A DNA stretch of 46,469 nucleotides from the NCBI GenBank assembly GCA_015228995.1, contig JADGCM010000001.1, forward strand, positions 1-46,469, given 5' to 3'. This DNA comes from Magnetococcales bacterium. Lineage in GTDB: Bacteria > Pseudomonadota > Magnetococcia > Magnetococcales > JADGCH01. The position numbers and the translations under genes are program-made. Shown in pieces: positions 1 through 9,518 of the stretch; positions within the stretch are counted from its first letter, which is position 1; every line of letters starts with the position of its first letter. The notes beneath the pieces were generated by a model. The model was given only the letters and a program-made list of their open reading frames with translations. It was not told the DNA's origin and made no database searches.

Positions 1-558
1 GAGATCGGTCTATTTTTGTTGTTAGGGTTGTCGTGGCGGGTGTGGAGTTATCGGGCTGGTCAGACCGTCATGGCTGGTATGGATGTGTCGCTGATTGGAC
101 TGATTTATTGTGTCATCCCGCTGTTACAACTGCATGCCATCTACACTGAGCCACAGGGTAAGTTGTGGTTGTGTTACCTCATGGTGGTGGTATGGGGTAC
201 CGATATCGGTGCCTATCTCATTGGCCGTTGGTTGGGAAGACACAAACTGGCCCCGATGGTCAGCCCTGGTAAAAGTTGGGAGGGGGCTTGGGGTGGTTTG
301 CTGGTTGCCGCACTGGCTGGGTGGGCCATGATCGTGCTTTTATCCCTGACGCTAACAACCCAATCTGCTATCATGCTCAGCGTCGGTTTGTCCGTTGTGG
401 CGCAGGTGGGAGATTTGATTGAGTCGTTGTTCAAGCGCGAGGCCGGTGTCAAAGATGCCGGTCAGCTCATCCCAGGGCACGGGGGGCTGCTGGATCGGTT
501 GGACAGTTTGTTATTTGCGGCACCAGGGCTGTTTATGTATTTGACGGTGACGCGTTGA
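1..558 (+). CDS. cdsA: Phosphatidate cytidylyltransferase (CDP-diglyceride synthase), C-terminal part; the 5' end lies outside the window
   Basis: Frame 1 is open from base 1. C-terminal CTP-transferase signature GKSWEGAWGG...LFKREAGVKDAGQLIPGHGGLLDRLDSLLF. Multi-pass hydrophobic sequence. Sits upstream of dxr-rseP-bamA as in many proteobacteria. Confidence 0.9.
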   Translation, partial: EIGLFLLLGLSWRVWSYRAGQTVMAGMDVSLIGLIYCVIPLLQLHAIYTEPQGKLWLCYLMVVVWGTDIGAYLIGRWLGRHKLAPMVSPGKSWEGAWGGLLVAALAGWAMIVLLSLTLTTQSAIMLSVGLSVVAQVGDLIESLFKREAGVKDAGQLIPGHGGLLDRLDSLLFAAPGLFMYLTVTR

Positions 559-1739
559 CGGCACAGCGGGCGGTAAAACGGATTGCTGTGTTGGGGTGTA
601 GTGGCTCGATTGGTCGTAGCACGCTGGCTGTTGTGGCGGCCTATCCGCAGCGATTTCGTGCGGTTGCACTGGCTGCGGCCCATTATAGTGAGCGTTTATT
701 GGCCCAAGTGAGGCAATTTCAGCCTGAGGTGGTGGCATTGCAGGATATGGCAGCAGCCACTCGTCTTGCTGCTGATTTGATGGATACACCTATCCAAGTG
801 TTGTCTGGCGAGGCAGGTGTGGCGACGGTGGCGGCGTGGCCAACAGCCGACTTGGTGGTGTCGGCGGTTACCGGTTTTGCCGGCCTAGCACCGACCTTAC
901 AGGCAATACGGGCCGGTAAAGATGTCGCGCTGGCCAACAAAGAGTGCTTGGTGGCGGCCGGGCAGTTGTTCATGGATGAGGTCCGGCGTCACGGCGTGGC
1001 GCTGATACCGATTGATTCAGAGCACAACGCTGTTTTTCAGGTGCTGAACCCACAACACGAGCTCCGACAGATCATCCTGACGGCGTCAGGGGGGCCGTTT
1101 CTGGGATGGGATAGGGATCGGTTGGCACGGATTAGTGTCGAGCAGGCGCTGCATCACCCCACCTGGACCATGGGGGCTAAAATTACCATCGATTCGGCCA
1201 CCCTGATGAACAAGGGGTTGGAGGTGATTGAAGCCCACTGGCTGTTCGGTGTGGCAGCTGAGAAGATCGCTGTTATTGTGCACCCAGAGAGCGTCATTCA
1301 CTCGATAGTTGAGTACCAGGACGGCTCAATGTTGGCTCAGATGGGTGTACCAGATATGCGTACGCCTATCGTGGTGGCGTTGGCTTGGCCAGAGCGGGTG
1401 ACACAGCCAATGTGTCGTCTTGATCTGACGCAGTTGTCCCAGCTGACGTTTAGGGCGCCGGATCGTGCTGCGTTTGCCTGTTTGGATTTGGCCTATCAGG
1501 CGCTGCGTACGGGTGGTTTAGCCACCACGATACTGAATGCTGCCAACGAAGTAGCGGTGGCTGCCTTTTTGGCCGGTCGTATCGGGTTCACGGTAATCGC
1601 CGATGTCATCAGGGCCACGTTGGAGGCTGTTCCGAACCAAGAGGCTGGTTCGTTCTCGGTCGTCTTCGAAGCAGACCGACTGGCACGCGCTACGGCGCAG
1701 CGTTTTGTTGATCACTGGGATGATCGGGGGATTGGATAA
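555..1739 (+). CDS. dxr: 1-deoxy-D-xylulose 5-phosphate reductoisomerase
   Basis: Motifs VLGCSGSIGRSTL (NADPH loop), LANKECLV, IDSEHNAVFQ, LTASGGPF, MGAKITIDSATLMNKGLEVIEAH. TTG start overlaps the cdsA stop (TTGA). Confidence 0.95.
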   Translation: MTAQRAVKRIAVLGCSGSIGRSTLAVVAAYPQRFRAVALAAAHYSERLLAQVRQFQPEVVALQDMAAATRLAADLMDTPIQVLSGEAGVATVAAWPTADLVVSAVTGFAGLAPTLQAIRAGKDVALANKECLVAAGQLFMDEVRRHGVALIPIDSEHNAVFQVLNPQHELRQIILTASGGPFLGWDRDRLARISVEQALHHPTWTMGAKITIDSATLMNKGLEVIEAHWLFGVAAEKIAVIVHPESVIHSIVEYQDGSMLAQMGVPDMRTPIVVALAWPERVTQPMCRLDLTQLSQLTFRAPDRAAFACLDLAYQALRTGGLATTILNAANEVAVAAFLAGRIGFTVIADVIRATLEAVPNQEAGSFSVVFEADRLARATAQRFVDHWDDRGIG

Positions 1740-1745
1740 GAGATC

Positions 1746-2861
1746 ATGAATACCGTTTTCTGGGCCATTGTTGTTCTTGGCGTCCTGATCTTTGTGCATG
1801 AGCTGGGCCATTTTCTGTTAGCCCGCTGGGCGGGTGTGCGGGTGTTGGTGTTCTCCCTTGGTTTCGGCCCAAAACTGATTGCTTGGCGGGGTCGGGGAGG
1901 GGAGCAGGCCACCGAATATCGCATTTCTGCGATTCCCTTGGGGGGGTATGTCAAAATGCTGGGTGAGGTCGATGACCCAGATATGCCGATTCTTCCCGAG
2001 CAGCGTCCGTTCGCCTTCAACTATAAATCAGTTGAGAAGCGCTTTGCTATTGTTGCTGCTGGTCCGATTTTTAACTTCTTATTTGCCATTGTGGCACTGA
2101 TTGTCGTCCATTTGGTGGGGGTTGCCGAGTTATTGCCAGTGATCGGCTCGGTGCATCCGGGACTGCCAGCGGCAACGGCTGGCATTCAAGCCGGGGATCG
2201 AGTGGTGGCGATTGGTGGCCAGTCCATAGATCGCTGGGATAAGCTCAAACAGCGCGTTAGTGCAGCGGCGACTGGTGAGCGGTTGCGTGTGGCGGTTGAT
2301 CGTGCCGATGCCGATCACGCCGGACAACGGTTGACACGCCTTGAATTCGAACTGTTGCCGCAGGCGCAGGAGACGCGCAACCTCTTTGGCGAATCGGTTT
2401 CAACGATGGTAATTGGCATTACCCCGTCTGGAGAGACAGAGTCGGTCCGCTATGGGGTGTGGGACTCCCTGGTGCGGGGGGTAGAGAAGACGGCGTGGAT
2501 GATTGATGTGACGGTTACTGGCGTTTGGAAAATGATCACCGGGGCCATTCCGGCGGACCAGATTGGTGGTCCGCTGATGATTGCGGAGCTGTCTGGCAAG
2601 AGTGCCTCCCATGGTGCAAGTAATTTGTTGTTTTTTATGGCTTTTATATCGGTCAATCTCGGTATTCTCAACCTATTACCAGTACCGATCCTGGACGGCG
2701 GCCACCTGTTTTTCTTCACGGTTGAGAAGATAAAGGGGGCGCCTATTAGTGATCGGGCACAGAATTGGGCCAATCGATTTGGGATGACCGTGTTGGCGAG
2801 TTTGATGTTGTTTGCCATTTACAACGACATCATGCGGCTGGTTGCAGGGCGCGCAGAATGA
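1746..2861 (+). CDS. rseP: RIP zinc metalloprotease RseP (site-2 protease, single-PDZ form)
   Basis: HELGHF zinc motif at the N-terminus, central PDZ-like segment, C-terminal LNLLPVPILDGGH motif. Conserved position between dxr and bamA. Confidence 0.92.
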   Translation: MNTVFWAIVVLGVLIFVHELGHFLLARWAGVRVLVFSLGFGPKLIAWRGRGGEQATEYRISAIPLGGYVKMLGEVDDPDMPILPEQRPFAFNYKSVEKRFAIVAAGPIFNFLFAIVALIVVHLVGVAELLPVIGSVHPGLPAATAGIQAGDRVVAIGGQSIDRWDKLKQRVSAAATGERLRVAVDRADADHAGQRLTRLEFELLPQAQETRNLFGESVSTMVIGITPSGETESVRYGVWDSLVRGVEKTAWMIDVTVTGVWKMITGAIPADQIGGPLMIAELSGKSASHGASNLLFFMAFISVNLGILNLLPVPILDGGHLFFFTVEKIKGAPISDRAQNWANRFGMTVLASLMLFAIYNDIMRLVAGRAE

Positions 2862-5161
2862 CGCGGGCTCGTTGGCTCATAACCGTTTTGGCGGTGGGGA
2901 TGACGTTATCGACTGTGGTAGCCACCGCTGCTGACAATACTGTTGACAGGGGCGCCAGTGGCAGTATACGCATTGAGGGCAACCAACGTATTGAACTGGA
3001 GACCATTCGCAGTTACTTGCCGGTCAGCGTTGGGGGGGTAGCCGACGCCGATACGGTACGCAAGATCATTAAAGATCTGCATGCGACTGGGTTCTTCAAG
3101 GATGTGGCGGTAGAACAGGATGGCGCCACTTTGGTGGTGCGCGTCGAAGAAAATCCCATGGTGGACGGGGTCACTTTTGAGGGCAATCAGGCTTTCGGTA
3201 AAGAAGAGCTGGACAAGATGGTCCAGGTGAAGTCGCGCTCGATTTACAATCGGGCTAAGATGGAAAAGGATTTAGCCACCTTACGTCAAGCATACCGTAT
3301 CAAGGGGCTGTTTTTAGCTGAAATTGAGGCAGTTGTTAAACCGCAGGGACAGAATAGTGTCAGCTTGGTCTATCGGATCAGCGAGGGCGAGAAGTCAAAG
3401 GTGCGTTTGGTGCGCATCATCGGCAATCAGAATCTTTCTTACAAGGAACTGCTCAAGAAACTGATGATGCAGCCGTCGGACTGGATGTCTTGGCTCACCG
3501 AAAATGACACTTATGACCGGGAGAAACTGCTGTTTGACCAATCACAGCTGCGTAACAGCTACCTGGATCAAGGCTATGTGCGGGTCAGTGTCGAGTCATC
3601 GGTGGCTGAAATGACGCCGGATCGCCGTGCCTTTGTCGTTACCCATGCCCTGCATGAAGGGGAGCGCTACCGTGTCGGCAGCCTGCGGATCAGCGGTGAC
3701 TTTAACGAACTGCCGGAGCAGCAGTTGTGGGAGAAGATGGAGATCCACGAGGGGGAGTGGTATTCGCGCGAGACCTTGCGGCAGTCGATCGAGAACCTCA
3801 CCGATATTGTCGGTAATTTTGGTTATGCCATGCTGGATATCCAGCCCAATATGCAAATCGATGATGATCAGCGTCTGGTCAATATCGACATCCAGATCAG
3901 CAAGGGGCGGCGGTTTTATGTCAATCGCATTGAGATATCCGGTAATAGCCGCACCCAGGATCAAGTCATCCGCCGTGAAATGCGTTTGGTAGAGGGAGAT
4001 CGCTTTTCGTCTGCGAGTGTGCGTCGCTCAAAGGAACGATTGCAGAGCCTCAACTTCTTCGACAAGATTGAGGTAACCACGCCGCCTACGGATCAGCCGG
4101 ATCGTGTCGATCTAAAGGTCGATGTCAGCGAAAAATCGACCGGTGCTTTCACGGTCGGTGCCGGTTTTTCGTCTGTCGATAAGCTGGTTGGAACGGCGAG
4201 TATCAGCCAAAACAACTTTCTTGGCCGTGGCCAGCGCATGTTGTTTTCTTTTACCTTGTCGTCAAAAAATACCGAATTTGATCTCTCTTTTACCGAGCCC
4301 TATTTCATGAATAAAGACGTTTCAGCCGGCTTCGATGTTTTTAATCGTAGCACGGATCGGCTGTCGACGTTGTCGTTCAAACAGCAGAGTTATGGTGGGG
4401 CGGTGCGTCTCGGTTTCCCCATTTCGGATCGTCTATCGGACCGTCTGAGTTACTCACTTGCTAATATTAATATCACTGAGGTGAGTGCCAGCGCTAGTGA
4501 AGTACTGAAGGCCCAAAAAGATCTGAGTCCGTACCTGCAGTCCATGATTAGCAATACCGTCAATTGGAGTGATTTAGACAGCGCGTTGATGCCAACGAAG
4601 GGGCGGACGCATCGTTTGACCACTGATTTCTCTGGCTTGGGCGGTGATGTCCGGTTTGGCCGTGTGGTGACGGAACATAACCTCTATCATAACCTAATCG
4701 GCAAGGACGATTTGGTGGTGCATGTTGGTGCCAAAGCGGGGGCCATTGTTGGTTGGGGTCAGGGGGAAGTGCCCATGTTTGAGCGCTTTTATCTCGGTGG
4801 ACCCCGTAGTATACGTGGTTTCAAACAGGGCGGTATTGGGGCTAGAAGCGCCAAGGATGACCCATTGGGTGGCACGGCGTTTGGGGAGCTGCATACCGAG
4901 TTGTTGTTTCCATTCCCTGGGCTGGGAGATAAGGGGGTGCGGGGCGTTACTTTTCTGGATGTCGGCATGCTGACTGATCTGGACCGTAATGCAGCGACGA
5001 ATGTCCAGGGGGCTTCCAGTGCCCCGCGGGTATCGACGGGTGTGGGGGCGTTATGGAATTCGCCGTTTGGGCCACTTCGTTTTGAGTTTGGCTTCCCGTT
5101 GGTAAAAGAGGACTACGACAAGAGTCGGTTTTTTGATTTCAGCGTTGGGACATCTTTGTAA
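2858..5161 (+). CDS. bamA: Outer membrane protein assembly factor BamA
   Basis: 767 aa from the ATG at 2858, which overlaps the rseP stop (ATGA). Signal-like N-terminus MTRARWLITVLAVGMTLSTVVATA, POTRA-type repeats (IRIEGNQRI, VTFEGNQAF, IRIIGNQNL, IEISGNSRTQD), C-terminal beta-barrel with RGF motif (PRSIRGFKQGGIG). The ORF-track start at 2765 lies inside rseP and is rejected. Confidence 0.93.
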   Translation: MTRARWLITVLAVGMTLSTVVATAADNTVDRGASGSIRIEGNQRIELETIRSYLPVSVGGVADADTVRKIIKDLHATGFFKDVAVEQDGATLVVRVEENPMVDGVTFEGNQAFGKEELDKMVQVKSRSIYNRAKMEKDLATLRQAYRIKGLFLAEIEAVVKPQGQNSVSLVYRISEGEKSKVRLVRIIGNQNLSYKELLKKLMMQPSDWMSWLTENDTYDREKLLFDQSQLRNSYLDQGYVRVSVESSVAEMTPDRRAFVVTHALHEGERYRVGSLRISGDFNELPEQQLWEKMEIHEGEWYSRETLRQSIENLTDIVGNFGYAMLDIQPNMQIDDDQRLVNIDIQISKGRRFYVNRIEISGNSRTQDQVIRREMRLVEGDRFSSASVRRSKERLQSLNFFDKIEVTTPPTDQPDRVDLKVDVSEKSTGAFTVGAGFSSVDKLVGTASISQNNFLGRGQRMLFSFTLSSKNTEFDLSFTEPYFMNKDVSAGFDVFNRSTDRLSTLSFKQQSYGGAVRLGFPISDRLSDRLSYSLANINITEVSASASEVLKAQKDLSPYLQSMISNTVNWSDLDSALMPTKGRTHRLTTDFSGLGGDVRFGRVVTEHNLYHNLIGKDDLVVHVGAKAGAIVGWGQGEVPMFERFYLGGPRSIRGFKQGGIGARSAKDDPLGGTAFGELHTELLFPFPGLGDKGVRGVTFLDVGMLTDLDRNAATNVQGASSAPRVSTGVGALWNSPFGPLRFEFGFPLVKEDYDKSRFFDFSVGTSL

Positions 5162-5194
5162 TCATTTGTTTGAGAGGTCGAAGGGCAACTATTT

Positions 5195-5740
5195 ATGTCG
5201 AAACCTATGGTTAAATATTCTCTTTCCGTGTTGTGTGCTATGGGCCTAGTTGGTGCTGTGGCGACCTCAGCGCCAGCGGCGGATGCTCGCTTTGCCTACG
5301 TCGATACGCCCAAGGCGATTGCCAATTCTGATCCAGCCAAGCGGGCGCGTGAGATTTTGCAACGCATGCTGGAAGAAAAGCAGCGTGCTTTGTCCCACCG
5401 GGAAGACGAATTGAAGCGCATGCGTGACGATCTCGAAAACAAGAAGAGTTTGATGTCACCGGAAGCACAGACCGAGCTGGCGGAGCGGTTCCGCTCTAAG
5501 TCGTTGGAATTTCAGCGCCTGTTAGAAGACAACCAGCGCGCTCTTGATAAAGAAAATGCCATGTGGACTCAAAAGATCACCCGTGGGTTGCACAAGGCCA
5601 TTGAAGAGATTGGCAAGGAGAGGGGGTTCAGCGTTATTTTTGGTAAAGGACAGGTGCTTTATGCCAGTTCTGGGGTAGATGTGACCGATCAAGTAACCGA
5701 GCGTCTGAATAGCCAGCGTGATTTATTCAATAGTCGATAA
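5195..5740 (+). CDS. skp: Periplasmic chaperone Skp (OmpH family)
   Basis: Signal peptide (…GAVATSAPAADA), charged coiled-coil-like body, position directly after bamA. Confidence 0.85.
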   Translation: MSKPMVKYSLSVLCAMGLVGAVATSAPAADARFAYVDTPKAIANSDPAKRAREILQRMLEEKQRALSHREDELKRMRDDLENKKSLMSPEAQTELAERFRSKSLEFQRLLEDNQRALDKENAMWTQKITRGLHKAIEEIGKERGFSVIFGKGQVLYASSGVDVTDQVTERLNSQRDLFNSR

Positions 5741-5755
5741 AGAGAAGAGGTTGTC

Positions 5756-6247
5756 ATGCCTGCGACAGAGCTATTCTCACCACAGGAGATCTTGCGCAGT
5801 TTGCCGCATCGCTATCCATTTTTGCTGATTGATCGTGTGGTAGCCGTTGAGCCCGGGCAGCGTATTGTGGCGATCAAAAACGTTACCTTCAACGAGCCGC
5901 ATTTCACTGGTCACTTTCCAGACCATCCAGTGATGCCGGGGGTGCTCATTTTAGAGGCGATGGCGCAGGCGGGCGCCTTGTTAGCCCGTTATACCGATCC
6001 TGACCATGTTGCTGGTCGGTTGGTCTACTTTATGGCCATTGATCATGCGCGGTTTCGTAGGCCGGTGATACCTGGAGACCAGTTGCAGATTGAAATGACG
6101 CTATTAAAGCGGCGGCGCGAAGTGTGGCGTTTTAGCGGCCAGGCCTTGGTGGCTGGTCAATTGGCTGCGGAGGCTGAGGTGATGGCTATGACGCGTGACC
6201 GAGAGCCGCCCCAGTCAACATCGCTGGTAACGGAGCAATTGCCATGA
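5756..6247 (+). CDS. fabZ: 3-hydroxyacyl-ACP dehydratase FabZ
   Basis: LPHRYPFLLIDRV and FNEPHFTGHFPDHPVMPGVLILEAMAQ hot-dog motifs. The stop overlaps the lpxA start. Confidence 0.95.
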   Translation: MPATELFSPQEILRSLPHRYPFLLIDRVVAVEPGQRIVAIKNVTFNEPHFTGHFPDHPVMPGVLILEAMAQAGALLARYTDPDHVAGRLVYFMAIDHARFRRPVIPGDQLQIEMTLLKRRREVWRFSGQALVAGQLAAEAEVMAMTRDREPPQSTSLVTEQLP

Positions 6248-7029
6248 GTAACCAAGTTGAGATTCATGCAACGGCCGTCGTTGATCCGGCGGCTCAACTC
6301 GGTCAACGGGTGCGTATCGGTCCTTACGCCGTGTTGGGTCCCGACGTCGTTTTGCACGACGATGTTGATGTTGGGGCCCATGCGGTCATTGATGGCCATA
6401 CCGTTGTTGGTGAGTTTACCCGCATTTCCAGCTTCTCCAGTATCGGTTCGCCGCCACAAGATGTGCATTATACCGGCTCCCCGACCAAAGTCGAAATTGG
6501 GCGCCATTGTGCGATCCGTGAATATGTCTCCATTCATCGTGGTACCGAGAGCGGTGGTGGGCTGACACGGGTTGGCGATCACTGCATGATCATGGCTTAT
6601 GCCCACGTTGCCCACGACTGCCGCGTCAGCGATCATGTCATCATGGCCAATGGGGCGACCTTGGCGGGGCATGTCGAAATTCAAGAGTACGCTGTCATTG
6701 GTGGTCTGACCGCCGTGCATCAGTTTGCCCGTGTCGGACGCAATGCATTCGTCGGTGGGGCTTCGGCTATTTCGATGGATGTGGTCCCTTTCGCCTCAGC
6801 GGCGGGTAATCGTGCCAAGGTGATCGGTGTCAATGTGGTGGGTCTACGGCGGCACAGTTTTTCCGAAGAGTTGATTAAAAACATTCGTCACGCGCATCGA
6901 TTAATCTTCCGCTCTAATTTGCGTTTGGAGCAGGCCATCGAAGAGATTGAGCGCCAATGTCCCCACAATACCGAGACACAGTGCATCCTTGAGTTCCTGC
7001 AGACCAGTCAGAGGGGTATTTGCCGCTGA
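6244..7029 (+). CDS. lpxA: Acyl-ACP--UDP-N-acetylglucosamine O-acyltransferase LpxA
   Basis: Left-handed beta-helix hexapeptide repeats (IHATAVVDPAAQLGQRVRIGPYAVLGPDVVL…), a HIAHDC-type motif (HVAHDCRV), C-terminal helical domain. Confidence 0.93.
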   Translation: MSNQVEIHATAVVDPAAQLGQRVRIGPYAVLGPDVVLHDDVDVGAHAVIDGHTVVGEFTRISSFSSIGSPPQDVHYTGSPTKVEIGRHCAIREYVSIHRGTESGGGLTRVGDHCMIMAYAHVAHDCRVSDHVIMANGATLAGHVEIQEYAVIGGLTAVHQFARVGRNAFVGGASAISMDVVPFASAAGNRAKVIGVNVVGLRRHSFSEELIKNIRHAHRLIFRSNLRLEQAIEEIERQCPHNTETQCILEFLQTSQRGICR

Positions 7030-7889
7030 TAGCTGCACCCACCACGGATAGTCCCCTTGCTAGCAGGATCGGCTTGATTGCCGGGAGTGGTTCCTTGCCG
7101 ATCTTGTTTGCGCAGCAGATGCGCCGCAGTGGCGGGGTTGCGTTAGTTGCCGTTGCCCACCGAGGTGAAACCGATGCCGCTTTGGCAGAATGGGTAGATC
7201 AGCTGTTGTGGGTGCATCTGGGTCAATTCCAACGTATTATCCAGTTTCTCGCTGAACAGCGTGTCGAGCAGGTAGTGATGTTGGGAGGGATTAACAAGAC
7301 CCGTATTTGGCGCATCCGTCCCGATGCGTTGGCATTGCGATTGGTGACGCGGTTGCGTCACCTGCACGATGATTTGTTGTTGCGTGCGATTGCCCAGGAA
7401 TTTGAGCAGCGTGGCATGCGAGTGCGGGGTATTGGTGAGCTGATCCCGCAGCTGTTGGCCCCTCCTGGTTGTTTGACCCAGCGTCAGCCTACTATGGCTC
7501 AATGGATCGATATTCGTATCGGTTGGCATGCCGCACGACAGCTGGGACAACTTGATATTGGTCAGGGTGTTGTTATTCATGATCGGGTGATCGTGGCGGT
7601 GGAGGCCATAGAAGGGACGGATGCCATGATTCGTCGTGCCGGAGCGCTGGTCTCTCATCCAAGCGTGTGCGTTAAGGTAGCCAAGCCCATCCAGGACGAG
7701 CGCCTTGATCTGCCCACTGTTGGTCCCAATACAATTGAGGCGTTACACCAAGCTGGCATTGATGTATTGGCCATTGAAGCGGGCCGTACTCTGATTCTTG
7801 ATCTGGCAACCACCATCCAGATGGCCGACCGTTATGGCATGGTCCTGTTTGGTTGTACCGGCAAGGAAGGAGAGCTTCTATCGCTGTGA
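7020..7889 (+). CDS. lpxI: UDP-2,3-diacylglucosamine pyrophosphatase LpxI (DUF1009 family)
   Basis: RIGLIAGSGSLPILFA N-terminal motif, IGQGVVIHDRVIVAVEAIEGTDAMIRRAG, VKVAKPIQDERLDLPTVGPNTIE. TTG start overlaps the end of lpxA. Follows lpxA as in LpxI-type lipid A clusters. Confidence 0.85.
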   Translation: MPLIAAPTTDSPLASRIGLIAGSGSLPILFAQQMRRSGGVALVAVAHRGETDAALAEWVDQLLWVHLGQFQRIIQFLAEQRVEQVVMLGGINKTRIWRIRPDALALRLVTRLRHLHDDLLLRAIAQEFEQRGMRVRGIGELIPQLLAPPGCLTQRQPTMAQWIDIRIGWHAARQLGQLDIGQGVVIHDRVIVAVEAIEGTDAMIRRAGALVSHPSVCVKVAKPIQDERLDLPTVGPNTIEALHQAGIDVLAIEAGRTLILDLATTIQMADRYGMVLFGCTGKEGELLSL

Positions 7890-7893
7890 TGGT

Positions 7894-8739
7894 ATGACCG
7901 CCACCCCCCTCACTCAAATCTGTGTGATCCTAGACCGGCCTGCCCATGCTGGCAATGTCGGTGCGGCGGCGCGGGCCATGAAGAACATGGGGCTTAGTCA
8001 GCTGCGGCTGGTGGCGCCGCGCCAGTTTCCTCATCCAGATGCTCTGCATTTTGCTGTCGGGGCCAGTGACATTATTGAATCCGCCCAACAATTTGCAACG
8101 ATTTCCGATGCGGCGGCCGATCTGCATGTGTTGGTGGCCACGAGCAATCGTCCCCGTGGACAACGACAATTGGTGGTAACCCCACGGCAGCTGGGTGCAC
8201 AGATCGCCGGCTTGTTGTCTGTGCCAACACGACGTCTAGGATTGTTATTCGGTACCGAACGGACTGGCTTGGAGACAGTCGATGTCGAGCGGGCCGACAT
8301 TCTGTGCAACATTCCGACCTCTGACTATGGCTCCCTAAACCTAGCCCAGGCGGTGCTGATTGTCGCCTACGAGATTATGCTTGGGCTGTCGGTGGGGCAA
8401 TCTTTTGCCGCCAATCCTCTGGAGGGAGAGGATAAAGCCACCGTTGCCCAGATGGAGAGGCTGTTTCAACATCTAGAGCAGGTGTTGCTAGATATCGATT
8501 TTGTCCGGCCGGGGCAGCAACGGCATCTGATGGGTAGTCTCAAGGCTGTCTTACACCGCGCTGCTCTGGATCGGCGTGAGGTAGCTATTCTGCACGGCAT
8601 TTTAACGGAGGTCATCGCATCAAGGCAACGAGCGGTCGCACGTGGTGATACGCATGGAGGTATCCTTCCCCCTCACCCCCAAGCCCCCTCTCCCACATGT
8701 GGAGAGGGGGAGCATGATGATCAAGTTTCTTCCCAATGA
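7894..8739 (+). CDS. trmJ: SpoU/TrmH-class tRNA (cytidine/uridine-2'-O)-methyltransferase, TrmJ-like, with a repeat-derived C-terminal tail
   Basis: ILDRPAHAGNVGAAARAMKNMG, LLFGTERTGL, IPTSDYGSLNLAQAV motifs. The ATG at 7894 lies 4 nt after the lpxI stop; the ORF-track start at 7798 lies inside lpxI. The last ~25 aa (…LPPHPQAPSPTCGEGEHDD…) are encoded by a REP-like element. Confidence 0.85.
   Translation: MTATPLTQICVILDRPAHAGNVGAAARAMKNMGLSQLRLVAPRQFPHPDALHFAVGASDIIESAQQFATISDAAADLHVLVATSNRPRGQRQLVVTPRQLGAQIAGLLSVPTRRLGLLFGTERTGLETVDVERADILCNIPTSDYGSLNLAQAVLIVAYEIMLGLSVGQSFAANPLEGEDKATVAQMERLFQHLEQVLLDIDFVRPGQQRHLMGSLKAVLHRAALDRREVAILHGILTEVIASRQRAVARGDTHGGILPPHPQAPSPTCGEGEHDDQVSSQ
8668..8710. 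repeat. Truncated copy of the same REP-like element inside the 3' end of trmJ
   Basis: ccctcaccccc-aag-ccccctctcc-cacatgt-ggagaggggg. The left half matches the 41360 element and a 10-bp inner stem is retained. The outer right arm is absent. Confidence 0.65.
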
Positions 8740-9518
8740 GCATTGTCAGGTTATCTGTTGCAATTGATGACGCGGTGCTGGATACCCCGCTAGAACTTCC
8801 CGCATCCGCTAGGGCTGAGCTGGCTGATTGGCAAGTGACTCCGGGTGCAGTGGTCACAATACAGGATAGCCGAGGGCTGTTTTATCGGGCTCATTGGCAT
8901 CACGATGGTACCCATCTACGGCCATTCGAGCGACTGCCAGAAAATGTTGAACCGCGCTGGCCACGACGCCTGTTCCAGGCCATTCCCGACCAACAACGGA
9001 TGAGCTGGATTGTCCAAAAAGGAGTTGAACTGGGGGTGACCATGGTGCAGCCGTTACACACCGCGCATTCCAACCCATTTCCTGATGGGGAAGCCGGACG
9101 GCAACAGCTACGGACTTGGCGCAGGCTGGCCCTATCCGCAGCCAAACAGTGCCGCCGAGCAGTGATTCCAGAGATCCGGGCGCCGCTACCGTTGTCGCAA
9201 CTGTTAACAGAGTGGCGACAGTCATCTGATAACGTCAGGCGGCTTCGTGCTGACGTGCGTGGCCTACGCTGGCCGTTGTCGGACTGGACCAGACAATCTT
9301 TTCAGCAACCTATTGATCTGCTCATCGGACCAGAGGGGGGATGGAACGAGCAAGAACGGCAGCAGACCGATGCCAGCGGTGTGGTGGCCATTGCCTTAGG
9401 ACCACGCGTGCTGCGCACCGAGACGGCAGCAGTCGCTGCATTGACCATTCTGATGATGATGGATGACGTCACTCCGTCACAGCTATCAATACCGCCACTC
9501 TGCCTCAACCACAGTTAA
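8736..9518 (+). CDS. rsmE: 16S rRNA (uracil1498-N3)-methyltransferase RsmE
   Basis: RMSWIVQKGVELGV and LLIGPEGGWNEQE motifs typical of RsmE. ATGA overlap with trmJ. Confidence 0.85.
   Translation: MSIVRLSVAIDDAVLDTPLELPASARAELADWQVTPGAVVTIQDSRGLFYRAHWHHDGTHLRPFERLPENVEPRWPRRLFQAIPDQQRMSWIVQKGVELGVTMVQPLHTAHSNPFPDGEAGRQQLRTWRRLALSAAKQCRRAVIPEIRAPLPLSQLLTEWRQSSDNVRRLRADVRGLRWPLSDWTRQSFQQPIDLLIGPEGGWNEQERQQTDASGVVAIALGPRVLRTETAAVAALTILMMMDDVTPSQLSIPPLCLNHS

Noticed and set aside
2765-2857. Upstream extension of bamA (ORF-track start at 2765)
   Set aside because: The extension lies wholly inside the rseP coding region. The ATG at 2858 overlaps the rseP stop and immediately precedes a signal peptide.
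7798-7893. Upstream extension of the trmJ ORF
   Set aside because: It lies inside lpxI. The conserved TrmJ sequence begins right after the ATG at 7894.
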